The notes under the pieces were generated by a model that saw nothing but the letters and a program-made list of their open reading frames with translations, searched no databases and had not been told where the DNA came from. The position numbers and the translations under genes are program-made. From Patescibacteria group bacterium (GTDB taxonomy: Bacteria; Patescibacteriota; Patescibacteriia; Patescibacteriales; UBA12465): a DNA stretch of 64,000 nucleotides. Below are positions 18,869-27,427 of this stretch, in pieces. The stretch lies in assembly GCA_028692765.1 (NCBI GenBank), contig JAQUWT010000004.1, positions 405 to 64,404 of the forward strand, read 5' to 3'. The number at the start of each line of letters is the position of its first letter. Position 1 is the stretch's first letter.

Positions 18869-18942
18869 GCGCCTATAGCTCAGTCGGTTAGAGCACAGCT
18901 CTTATAAAGCTGGGGTCGATGGTTCAAGTCCATCTAGGCGCA
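18869..18942 (+). tRNA. tRNA-Ile: tRNA-Ile (anticodon UAU)
   Basis: acceptor GCGCCTA/TAGGCGC, anticodon stem CAGCT/AGCTG with loop CTTATAA, T-loop TTCAAGT. Confidence 0.85.
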
Positions 18943-18988
18943 CATAATATTGCCAAGTTCGCACCTATACAATATAATAAGAAAATAA

Positions 18989-19062
18989 GGGCTCGTAGCT
19001 CAGTTGGTTAGAGCGTTACGTTGACATCGTAAAGGCCACCCGTTCGAGTCGGGTCGGGCCCA
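18989..19062 (+). tRNA. tRNA-Val: tRNA-Val (anticodon GAC)
   Basis: acceptor GGGCTCG/CGGGCCC, anticodon loop TTGACAT, T-loop TTCGAGT. Confidence 0.9.
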
Positions 19063-19077
19063 CATTATTTTTCTCAT

Positions 19078-19494
19078 ATGTTAAAATTTTTTTCTGGCAA
19101 TAAACATCACCTAGTCCAGACGGAAGACGCCTCAAGCATCAGCGACTGGATGGAAAAAGAAGCCGTCTCCGAAGGGCAGCTTTCGATAGATGTTTATCAG
19201 ACTGACAGAAAAATCATTATACAATCCACCATCGCCGGCGCCAAACCGGAAGATTTAAAGGTGTCCCTCCACCATGATTTATTGACCATCCACGGAACCA
19301 GAAAACAGCCCCAAACAGTAGCCGATGAGCAATATCTCTATCGCGAATGCTACTGGGGCCCATTTTCACGCTCAATCATTTTGCCGGCCGAAGTCGACCC
19401 CCGCAAAGTGGAAGCCGATTTGGAAAATGGCGTCCTTACTGTTTCCCTACTAAAAACCAAACCGGAAAATATTGCTGTTAATTTTAAAGACTAG
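19078..19494 (+). CDS. Hsp20/alpha-crystallin small heat-shock protein
   Basis: 138 aa; alpha-crystallin domain ending ...ADLENGVLTVSLLK. Confidence 0.85.
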   Translation: MLKFFSGNKHHLVQTEDASSISDWMEKEAVSEGQLSIDVYQTDRKIIIQSTIAGAKPEDLKVSLHHDLLTIHGTRKQPQTVADEQYLYRECYWGPFSRSIILPAEVDPRKVEADLENGVLTVSLLKTKPENIAVNFKD

Positions 19495-19496
19495 CT

Positions 19497-19685
19497 ATGA
19501 ATTACGAATTGACAGTGGCGGGATTCAGCGATGACCAAATAATACTCAAAGACGACAGCAATTCCCTTATCTACTGGCCAAAAAATAAATTGCCGCAAAT
19601 ACCGGAAATAGGACAAAAAATAAATTTTTCTATCGGCGACCAAAGAGCCGACATTCTCAACGAGCTCCTGCGCACTGATAATTAG
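19497..19685 (+). CDS. small hypothetical protein (62 aa)
   Basis: ORF starting 3 nt after the hsp20 stop; no motif recognised. Confidence 0.4.
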   Translation: MNYELTVAGFSDDQIILKDDSNSLIYWPKNKLPQIPEIGQKINFSIGDQRADILNELLRTDN

Positions 19686-19695
19686 CGACGCCAAT

Positions 19696-21531
19696 ATGTC
19701 AAAAAAACACTCATCAATCATCGCCATCATCGCCGTATTGGTGGTTTTTTTATTTTTAGCGGTCTTAACGGCCAATGTCGGAAAATCCGACTCGAATTTA
19801 AGCGACAATTTGCATTTCGGCGGCTTAGATATTAGCGGCCTCGACAAGGGTCAAGCAGAAATGATAATAAAAAAAGAATACCAAGCGATGGCCGAAAAAG
19901 GCTTAACCCTCAAATATGGAGACTCGTCTCTGTCTTTGCCGGCAACATCCGTATCCTTCGATGCCGATTTATCTTATCCAAATTTTCATTATACGGATGA
20001 TAATATTAAAGCCTCTTTAAGCGCTCATACTAAGCCAGGTTTGCTGATGCGCTGGTGGCGGCAGCTATTCGGACCTAAAAACATATATATCAAACCGACT
20101 TTCGAATTAGACGAAGAAAAAATCAAAAAAACGGTTCAAGCTTCGCTGACCGATGCTTTCTATCCGGCGGTCGATGCCGCTTTTGTCTTTACAAAAAATA
20201 ACATTGAAATTACGCCGGAAAGACCAGGCAAGACCATCGACTGGAAAGCTCTGTTTGGCGATATTAGAACCAGACTGGAGATGTTCTCCACCGAACCGAT
20301 AAGCGTTAAAACCGAAACAGAATATCCAGAAATTTATGCGCGTGATTTAACCGGCCTAGAAAGCGAGGCCGGCAATCTCAGCCGCAATCCCTTGACTCTC
20401 ACCTTCCAGAATGAATCCTGGCCGGTTACTCAGGAAGAAATCGCCTCTTGGCTGTACGTGCGCAAACAAAGCGGAAAATTAAATCTCGCCTTCAGTCCTG
20501 AGAGAATCGCTAAATACCTCGAAGACAACATCGCCAATAAAATCAACATCTTGCCGCAAGACCCACGCTTTGAAATAAAAGACAATAAAGTCTCCAGCTG
20601 GCAATTAGGAAAAGACGGCTACGAACTCGACTCTGTCGCCAGCGCGACGGAAATTATCAACCAATATTTTGCTTCTTCCGAACAGAATGAGGTGCAAATT
20701 TCCTTAATCGTCAAAACTCTAGCTCCTGCCAGCGCAGAAGATTTTGATATAAAAGAGGTAATCGGCACCGGCCATTCAAATTTCGCGGGCTCTCCCGCCA
20801 ATCGCCGGCATAATATAGAAGTAGGGGCGGCCGCCGTCAACGGCATGCTCATCAAGCCGGGCGAAGAATTTTCCTTAGTCAAGACTCTGGGGGAAATAGA
20901 TGCCAGTACCGGTTATCTGCCGGAACTAGTTATTAAGGATAATAAAACTATCCCGGAGTATGGCGGCGGCCTTTGCCAAATAGGCACCACTGTTTTCCGC
21001 TCGGCTTTAGCTTCAGGCTTGCCGATTACCGCCAGACAAAACCACTCCTACCGCGTTTCCTATTACGAACCCGCAGGAACCGACGCCGCTATCTACGATC
21101 CGTGGCCCGATGTCCGCTTTGTCAACGATACCCCCAAAGCAATCTTAATCCAGTCGCGCATTGAAGGAAACGATATCTATTTCGATTTCTGGGGGACAAA
21201 AGACGGAAGAAGCGCCACCACAACCACACCGGTAGTATATAATATCGTTAAGCCGCCAGCCACTAAAATAGTAGAAAGCGACGAATTAGCGCCGGGAGAA
21301 AAAAAATGCACCGAACATGCCCATAACGGTGCCGACGCCTATTTCGATTACACCGTCATCTATCCGGAAAATGCAACGAGTACACCTCTGGAAAAAACCA
21401 GACGCTTCAATTCCCACTATGTACCCTGGCAAGAAGTCTGCCTAGTCGGAAAAACTGCTACCTCAACTCCGGAAACAGAAACAGCTTCTTCTAGCCAAAT
21501 TCTAATAGATGAGGCGCAGCTACGACGATAA
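19696..21531 (+). CDS. VanW-family protein with N-terminal TM anchor
   Basis: 611 aa; VanW core GGGLCQIGTTVFRSALASGLPITARQNHSYRVSYYEP. Confidence 0.85.
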   Translation: MSKKHSSIIAIIAVLVVFLFLAVLTANVGKSDSNLSDNLHFGGLDISGLDKGQAEMIIKKEYQAMAEKGLTLKYGDSSLSLPATSVSFDADLSYPNFHYTDDNIKASLSAHTKPGLLMRWWRQLFGPKNIYIKPTFELDEEKIKKTVQASLTDAFYPAVDAAFVFTKNNIEITPERPGKTIDWKALFGDIRTRLEMFSTEPISVKTETEYPEIYARDLTGLESEAGNLSRNPLTLTFQNESWPVTQEEIASWLYVRKQSGKLNLAFSPERIAKYLEDNIANKINILPQDPRFEIKDNKVSSWQLGKDGYELDSVASATEIINQYFASSEQNEVQISLIVKTLAPASAEDFDIKEVIGTGHSNFAGSPANRRHNIEVGAAAVNGMLIKPGEEFSLVKTLGEIDASTGYLPELVIKDNKTIPEYGGGLCQIGTTVFRSALASGLPITARQNHSYRVSYYEPAGTDAAIYDPWPDVRFVNDTPKAILIQSRIEGNDIYFDFWGTKDGRSATTTTPVVYNIVKPPATKIVESDELAPGEKKCTEHAHNGADAYFDYTVIYPENATSTPLEKTRRFNSHYVPWQEVCLVGKTATSTPETETASSSQILIDEAQLRR

Positions 21532-21556
21532 ATAATTAACAAAGAATTAAACAAAA

Positions 21557-21584
21557 GAAAAACGCGACTATTCGTCGCGTTTTA
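21557..21584. terminator. bidirectional terminator between VanW and SPFH genes
   Basis: AACGCGAC-tattc-GTCGCGTT with flanking A and T runs. Confidence 0.55.
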
Positions 21585-21600
21585 GGTATAAAAAAAATTT

Positions 21601-22617
21601 TTATCGGCTTGGTGATTGTGGTTGGAGATGCCCAGTTTCAACTGGTATCGGCCCGTAATTATTTGTAGGCACATACTTACCATCCCAACGCTCCGCTTTT
21701 ATTCTCTCAATATCCAACTGACGCAATTGAATTTCTAGGGCCATATTTTTAGCTACAGCCTCATTATATTTGCGTATTCCTTCCCCCTCCAAAGCCTTAG
21801 CCTCGGCTTCTAAACCAGCAGCTATTTTTTTACCTTCAGCTGCGGTTACTAAAGCAGTCTTTTCAGCTTCTGCATTCTTTACTTTCTTTTGAGCCTCCTG
21901 TTCGGTTATTAGCAACTCTTGCTCTTTTTGCTTTACTTGCTGAGAACGATTCATGGTCTCTTTAATCTGAGCATCAAAGTCATCAGACCAATCATAATTG
22001 GTAATTTTCAACTCCGTAACAAAAAGGGGGTAAGCGGCCATCATATTTTTAATCTGCCGCAAAGTCTGCAAGCGAATGGTGTCCTGAGACATTGGCAAAA
22101 CAAAAATATCATACTTTCCAACCTGTGCTTTAAAAGACTCAGTCATCGACTTAGACAAAATTGTTCTTAACTTTTCTTCTCCGAAGTCTTTCCACATCAA
22201 AGGAAGCTTCTCTTGGTCATAAACATAGAAGAGCGTTAACTGGGCGCCAATAGTTTGGTTGTCCTTGGTGATCGCCCCACTGCCATCAACCGGTATATCG
22301 GTCTTTATTTCTAGGGGCTGGATAGATACCGTCTTGATAGTCTGCATGATTGGCCAATTAAAATGAAGGCCCGGCTCAAGTGATTGTGAAGATATAGCTC
22401 CAAAATTAAACCTTAAACCACGGGAGTCGCTGCTAACGGTTTTCACCCCCAAAGATATAAATAACAGAACTACGCCCAAAACAAGTAATAAATTACGCGT
22501 TTTTTTGGTAGTTGGCCCAATTGGTTTTCTGTTTACTGATGCGCCAGTTACGCCTAAAACATAATAGGCCAAAACAGCTACGGCTGCTAAAAAAAATAAA
22601 ACATTTAATAAGCTCAT
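21601..22617 (-). CDS. SPFH/band-7 (prohibitin-like) membrane protein
   Basis: 338 aa; N-terminal TMs, SPFH core, C-terminal Ala/Glu/Lys coiled coil. Confidence 0.8.
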   Translation of the reverse strand: MSLLNVLFFLAAVAVLAYYVLGVTGASVNRKPIGPTTKKTRNLLLVLGVVLLFISLGVKTVSSDSRGLRFNFGAISSQSLEPGLHFNWPIMQTIKTVSIQPLEIKTDIPVDGSGAITKDNQTIGAQLTLFYVYDQEKLPLMWKDFGEEKLRTILSKSMTESFKAQVGKYDIFVLPMSQDTIRLQTLRQIKNMMAAYPLFVTELKITNYDWSDDFDAQIKETMNRSQQVKQKEQELLITEQEAQKKVKNAEAEKTALVTAAEGKKIAAGLEAEAKALEGEGIRKYNEAVAKNMALEIQLRQLDIERIKAERWDGKYVPTNNYGPIPVETGHLQPQSPSR

Positions 22618-22708
22618 GGGATTTATAATTTTTGTTAAACAACTATTAGATTATGCCACCACAGCATAACATATAAACTTATCATAACTTATATATTTTG
22701 TCAATATA

Positions 22709-22880
22709 TAAAAAAGACCGTCTCAAACGGGTAGGCAAGAAAATTTCTTCTAGGAATTACCGAGCCCACCACTAACGCCTGCTAAAAGCGACAGTGGTAG
22801 GCCCAAAAAACCCTAGCAAGAAAGTCCCCATGCTTGTCGTGCCTGACCCGTTTCAAACGGCCTTTTTGTGTTTTAAGCAA
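22709..22880 (-). ncRNA. candidate about 170-nt rod-shaped sRNA (6S-like architecture, unassigned)
   Basis: About 22-bp closing stem (22716-22738 with 22840-22862), inner helices CTAGG/CCTAG and GCCCACCACT/AGTGGTAGGC, and asymmetric internal loops. Three of four non-Watson-Crick positions are G-U only on the minus strand. A U6 run follows on the minus strand. Confidence 0.42.
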
Positions 22881-22886
22881 CCATTT

Positions 22887-22915
22887 AATATATCACTTAA
22901 AAAACACTTTGTCAA
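22887..22915 (-). promoter_or_regulatory. promoter of the candidate rod-shaped sRNA
   Basis: Minus strand TTGACA (22910-22915), 17 nt, TATATT (22887-22892). A perfect DnaA box TTATCCACA (22921-22929) lies 5 nt upstream of the -35. Confidence 0.5.
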
Positions 22916-22947
22916 TAGTGTTATCCACAGCCAAATTCAAGCCCTCC

Positions 22948-23775
22948 CTACCAAGGTTTACTAACATATAATTGGCTATTTTTAGCATAAAATAGTATAT
23001 CCCCATCTTCGTCTGTCCGCCATACTTTAATACCGCTAAGTTGCGCCCTGTGAATAAGTTTAGCATCAGGGTGGCCATAATTATTAGCTCCCACAGAAAT
23101 AATAAGAGCCCCGGGATTAACCGCTTCGATAAAATCTTCGCTATTGGCATAAGCGGAGCCATGGTGGGAGGCTTTTAAAATCTGCGCCCTTAAATCATCC
23201 GCCTCCGCTAAAAGCGCCTGCTCTCTGCGGCCGCTAGCGTCACCGGCGGCACTAAGGCTTAAGCCGGCACAATTAAAGTTAATGGCACTAGATAAATCAT
23301 TATCATCGTCACTGTCTAAAAATTCTTTGCCCGGAGGAAACAAGCAAAGGCGGCAGTCAGTTTCTAATTCCAGACACAACTTGTCTGCCGGATAGCTGAT
23401 AACAGCCCCAGACTCAGTCAAAGAAGAAAAAAGAGCGGAGCCGGCATCACCATTAATGCGAGCGGGCAGAAAAGCGCGCTTAACTTGATAGCGTCTGGCC
23501 AGCTCCGGTAAAGCAGATAAATGGTCATCATGCCCATGGCTTAAAATCAATAAATCAATAACCGGTCGGTGTCCGGAAAAATATCGACCCAAGGCGTAAA
23601 GAGTATACCAGTCCGGTCCGCCGTCAACAAGGATATTTAATCCCCCTGGAGTATGCAGCAGAAAAGAGTCACCCTGGCCGACATTAAAAAAGATTGCCTC
23701 GGCCCTAGAAGTTTTAAAACCAGACCAAGAAAACACCGCCGTAGCGGCAATAATTATAATAATAAAAAAGCGCAT
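22948..23775 (-). CDS. secreted metallo-beta-lactamase fold hydrolase (ComEC C-terminal domain-like)
   Basis: 275 aa; signal/TM N-terminus, MBL motif LILSHGHDDH. Confidence 0.8.
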   Translation of the reverse strand: MRFFIIIIIAATAVFSWSGFKTSRAEAIFFNVGQGDSFLLHTPGGLNILVDGGPDWYTLYALGRYFSGHRPVIDLLILSHGHDDHLSALPELARRYQVKRAFLPARINGDAGSALFSSLTESGAVISYPADKLCLELETDCRLCLFPPGKEFLDSDDDNDLSSAINFNCAGLSLSAAGDASGRREQALLAEADDLRAQILKASHHGSAYANSEDFIEAVNPGALIISVGANNYGHPDAKLIHRAQLSGIKVWRTDEDGDILFYAKNSQLYVSKPW

Positions 23776-23832
23776 GGAGCAATTCTAACAAATACTTGAT
23801 GGGCGGGAGATAAAAAATAAATAAACGGGATA

Positions 23833-23856
23833 CAAAAACCGCCCTTACGGGCGGCC
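23833..23856 (-). terminator. terminator of the H1-like gene
   Basis: minus strand GGCCGCCC-gtaa-GGGCGG followed by UUUUU. Confidence 0.7.
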
Positions 23857-23892
23857 TTTGTATAATTTTCAAAAATTAATAAAACCAGAGTT

Positions 23893-24081
23893 TTATTTCT
23901 TCTTTGCGACTTTCTTCACAGCCTTCTTAACAGCTTTCTTAGGAGCTGCTTTCTTAACAACTTTCTTCACAGCCTTCTTAACAGCTTTCTTAGGAGCTGC
24001 TTTCTTAACAACTTTCTTCACAGCCTTCTTAACAGCTTTCTTAGGAGCTGCTTTCTTAACAACTTTCTTTTTAGTAGCCAT
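23893..24081 (-). CDS. Lys/Ala-rich histone-H1-like / nucleoid-associated basic protein (62 aa)
   Basis: AGGAGG 9 nt upstream of ATG 24081. Protein is MATKKKVV plus three repeats of KKAAPKKAVKKAVKKVV (last copy ends VA-KKK). It has its own promoter and terminator. Confidence 0.75.
   Translation of the reverse strand: MATKKKVVKKAAPKKAVKKAVKKVVKKAAPKKAVKKAVKKVVKKAAPKKAVKKAVKKVAKKK
23909..24069. repeat. three identical 51-bp tandem repeats plus an 8-bp partial copy
   Basis: Unit ACTTTCTTCACAGCCTTCTTAACAGCTTTCTTAGGAGCTGCTTTCTTAACA at 23909, 23960 and 24011, identical base for base. Confidence 0.95.
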
Positions 24082-24175
24082 AGTTATCACCTCCTTCCTG
24101 GGAAATTTCCCATTTATTTTTTTCTAAATAAATTTAAAAAATTTTTTTAGAAATATTTTTTTACTAGTTGCTTAT

Positions 24176-24204
24176 ATTATACCGCGCGCGTAAATTTATA
24201 GCAA
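24176..24204 (-). promoter_or_regulatory. promoter of the H1-like gene
   Basis: minus strand TTGCTA (24199-24204), 17 nt, TATAAT (24176-24181). Confidence 0.5.
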
Positions 24205-24281
24205 TAGTTTTTAGCCAAAAATGAAAAAACAAAAAAGAGCCGCAGCTCTTTTTTAAAATTTATCATCAAAAAAATTTATTT

Positions 24282-25670
24282 CTAAAACTTATCTTGAAAA
24301 TATTTTTTTACCTCATCGGAATTTATTTTAATCTGCTCCATGCTATCGCGCTCGCGTATAGTCAGCTCGCCCTTTTCCAAAGTATCAAAATCAACGGTCA
24401 AACAATAGGGCGTACCGATTTCATCCTGGCGGCGATAGCGCTTGCCGATATTGCCATTATCATCAAATTCACAGCGCCAATCCAGCTTCAAGCTATTATA
24501 AATTTCCCGCGCTTTCTCCACTAATTCCGGCTTGTTCTTCAGCAAGGGGAAAACGGCAATCTTAATAGGCGCTAAGCGCGGCGGCAAGGATAAGACTATT
24601 CTGGATTCATCGCCAACCGCTTCTTCGCGATAGCTTTCCGTCATCACCGCCAAAAAAGTGCGGCCGACGCCAGCGGAAGTTTCGACCACATGAGGAATAT
24701 ATTTCTCGTTATCAACAGGATCGAGATAATTCAAATCGGCGCCTGAAGCCTGGCTGTGAACAGAAAGATCGTAATTACCTCGGGCATGCACGCCTTCTAA
24801 TTCTTTGAATCCGAAAGGAAACTGATACTCAATATCATAAGCTTCCTGCGCGTAGAAAACTAAATTTTCATGCTTATGCCATCGCAAATGCTCCTCCTTG
24901 ATTCCCAAATCAAGATAGAACTGCCAGCGCAGCTGCCGCCACTGTTCAAAATACTTCATATCATCTCCGGGCTTTACAAAATACTGCATCTCCATCTGTT
25001 CGAACTCGCGAGTACGAAAAATAAACTGGCGGGCAGTAATCTCATTACGGAAAGCTTTGCCAATTTGAGCGATACCGAAAGGAACCTTCACGCGCGCGGA
25101 ATTTAAAACATTCTTATAATTCACATAAATTCCTTGGCAAGTCTCGCCACGCAAATAAGTCGGGTCTTTCGACCAGTCGCCGGTAAAATTACCGAGATTG
25201 GACTGAACCAATAAATTAAAATTCTTGCCCGGGGTAAAATCGGAAGAGCCGCAAATAGGGCACTTGATTTTTTCTCGATTCTTTTCAAAGATACCGTTTA
25301 TTTCCTCTTCGGACATCTTTTCATCGGCAAAAATACCAGCTTCTTCCAATAAAGAGTCCAAACGTAAACGGCTGTGGCACTGGCGGCATTCAGTTAAAGG
25401 ATCGGAAAAACCTTTAACATGGCCGGAAGCTTGCCACACTTTAGGGCTCATAAAAATAGCGGCATCCAGACCGACGACATCATCGCGCAGCTGGGTCATT
25501 GCCCGCCACCATTCCTTTTTAATATTATTAGCCAACTCTACGCCATAAGGGCCGAAATCATAGACAGCCGTGAAGCCGTCATATATTTCCGAAGAGGGAA
25601 AAACGAAACCACGGCGCTTGCAAAGGGAAACAATCTGTTCCAAAGAATTATCCGTATCTTTTTTACTCAT
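24282..25670 (-). CDS. glyQS: glycyl-tRNA synthetase (dimeric class II type)
   Basis: 462 aa; RGFVFPSSEIYDG N-terminus, class II core, anticodon-binding C-terminus. Confidence 0.93.
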   Translation of the reverse strand: MSKKDTDNSLEQIVSLCKRRGFVFPSSEIYDGFTAVYDFGPYGVELANNIKKEWWRAMTQLRDDVVGLDAAIFMSPKVWQASGHVKGFSDPLTECRQCHSRLRLDSLLEEAGIFADEKMSEEEINGIFEKNREKIKCPICGSSDFTPGKNFNLLVQSNLGNFTGDWSKDPTYLRGETCQGIYVNYKNVLNSARVKVPFGIAQIGKAFRNEITARQFIFRTREFEQMEMQYFVKPGDDMKYFEQWRQLRWQFYLDLGIKEEHLRWHKHENLVFYAQEAYDIEYQFPFGFKELEGVHARGNYDLSVHSQASGADLNYLDPVDNEKYIPHVVETSAGVGRTFLAVMTESYREEAVGDESRIVLSLPPRLAPIKIAVFPLLKNKPELVEKAREIYNSLKLDWRCEFDDNGNIGKRYRRQDEIGTPYCLTVDFDTLEKGELTIRERDSMEQIKINSDEVKKYFQDKF

Positions 25671-25710
25671 ATATATTAAGGTTGATTATAATTAATCTAA
25701 AATAAAACGG

Positions 25711-27423
25711 CTACATTTCTTCCAGGTAATCAAAACCGAGCAAGGCAAAGCCATTTTCTAAAACTAAGCGGAGCGAACCTAAAAGACCAAGCCGGGCAAA
25801 GCGCAAAGCTGGCTCTGCCTTTAAAATAGCCACTTCATGGTAATAGTCATTAAAAATTTGAGAAAGTTCAAACAGATAGCGCGCCAAAATGGAAGGATCG
25901 CGCTGAAGGCCTGTTTTAGCCACTACTTCCGGAAAGCGCTGCATAGCCAAGGTCAAAGACAGCTCTCGGCGATTGGACAGCATGGAATAATCAGCGTCAG
26001 CTGGCTTTTCTTTCCTTAGGATGCTAGCTAAGCGCGCGCCCGTATATTGCAAATAGGCGGCGGTAAAGCCGTCGAAGCGTAAAGCCTCATCCACATCGAA
26101 AGTAATTACCTTATCAGCGCTGACTTTCAACATTTCGAACTTTAAGGCCGCCACCGCCAATTTTTCTGCTGCGGCCTCAGCGCGTTCAGATTCCCAATCT
26201 TGATGGCGAGAAGATACTTCTTGGCGGGCGCGGCTATAAGCTTCCTCCCAAATCTGGCTATAAGTGATGACATTGCCACTGCGCGAAGACATCATGCCGC
26301 TTTTTAAAGTGACAAAATCATAGCCGAGATGGCTAATTTTGAAAGTCTCACCGGCCAGTTCGAAAATTTTTGCCAACTGCTTAAAATACAAACCCTGGCG
26401 GATATCAACAACATAGACGGATTCATCCAAATGATAATCGTTAAATTTCAACTTAGCCAGAGCCAAATCAGCGACCGGATACAAAGCGGTGCCGTCCGAA
26501 CGGATAATAGGCAAAACACCCAGACCATATTCCTCTAAATCGGCGATAACCGCTCCCTGGCTATTTTTTAATATTCCTTTCTGTAAAAATTCCGCCACCA
26601 TTTTCAGACCGTCACCGATGACTTCGCTTTCATAAAAAATATGTTCGAACTTAACGTCGAAGCGCTGATAGATTTCAGCAAAATAAGCGATACTCCAATC
26701 CCTGGTTTCTTGCCACAACTCGTAATTTTTCCCTTGCCGGCTTTCAACTTCTTTCATTACGGCCGAAATTTCTTTCTTTATCTCTTCTTTTTCAGCGCCT
26801 CCGTCTTCCCGAGCCTCGGCTTGAGACAATAAACCGGAAGCCTCGGCATAGCATTTGCCCAAAAGCCAGCCCTTAGGAGCATCTGAATCTTTATAATTAG
26901 CGCGTTGCCATTGCCACAAGGTCTTAGCGACATGGATGCCAAAATCGTTAATATAAGAAACGGGAATCGCCTGATAGTCATTAAAGGCCAAGATTCTGTA
27001 AACCGCATCGCCAAAAAATAGATTGCGTAAATGGCCGATATGATATTCCTTATGAGTATTGGCGTTAGAATATTCCAGCATTATTCTCTGCTGTCGGCCG
27101 ACAGCCATGCGACCGAAATCATGGCCTGCTTTTTCTATGTCTGACAAAGCATCCCGATTAAACACTCCGGCTTTAAAAAAGAAATTAAGATAGGGACCGA
27201 CTGCTTGGAAAGATTGAATAGCTGCCGGCAAATCCGACTGTTCCAACAATCTAATTTTCTCTTGAGCTAAAGCGGCCGGACTCATCCCCGAACTTTTAGC
27301 TAAGGCAAACAAAGGCAGGCTTAAATCGCCTAACTCCGCGGGTATCGGATAGACGAAATCATCGGCCGAAACCGATAATAAAGAAGCTAATTTATCTTTC
27401 AAGCTGACTAAAAACATAATCAA
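25711..27423 (-). CDS. argS: arginyl-tRNA synthetase
   Basis: 570 aa; HIGH-like YHIGHLRN, MSSRSGN (KMSK-like), DALR-type C-terminus. Confidence 0.93.
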   Translation of the reverse strand: MIMFLVSLKDKLASLLSVSADDFVYPIPAELGDLSLPLFALAKSSGMSPAALAQEKIRLLEQSDLPAAIQSFQAVGPYLNFFFKAGVFNRDALSDIEKAGHDFGRMAVGRQQRIMLEYSNANTHKEYHIGHLRNLFFGDAVYRILAFNDYQAIPVSYINDFGIHVAKTLWQWQRANYKDSDAPKGWLLGKCYAEASGLLSQAEAREDGGAEKEEIKKEISAVMKEVESRQGKNYELWQETRDWSIAYFAEIYQRFDVKFEHIFYESEVIGDGLKMVAEFLQKGILKNSQGAVIADLEEYGLGVLPIIRSDGTALYPVADLALAKLKFNDYHLDESVYVVDIRQGLYFKQLAKIFELAGETFKISHLGYDFVTLKSGMMSSRSGNVITYSQIWEEAYSRARQEVSSRHQDWESERAEAAAEKLAVAALKFEMLKVSADKVITFDVDEALRFDGFTAAYLQYTGARLASILRKEKPADADYSMLSNRRELSLTLAMQRFPEVVAKTGLQRDPSILARYLFELSQIFNDYYHEVAILKAEPALRFARLGLLGSLRLVLENGFALLGFDYLEEM

Positions 27424-27427
27424 ATAA

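Noticed and set aside
22819-22829. AGAAAGTCCCC on the plus strand, resembling the RNase P RNA P4 motif GAGGAAAGUCC
   Set aside because: The element is only about 170 nt against 330-400 nt for RNase P RNA. It lacks the other conserved RNase P segments, and wobble-pair asymmetry favours the opposite strand.
23858-24127. 89-aa plus-strand ORF with FFTAFLTAFLGAAFLTT repeats
   Set aside because: It is the antisense reading of the Lys/Ala repeat gene. The minus-strand ORF has the RBS, promoter and terminator; the plus ORF has none.
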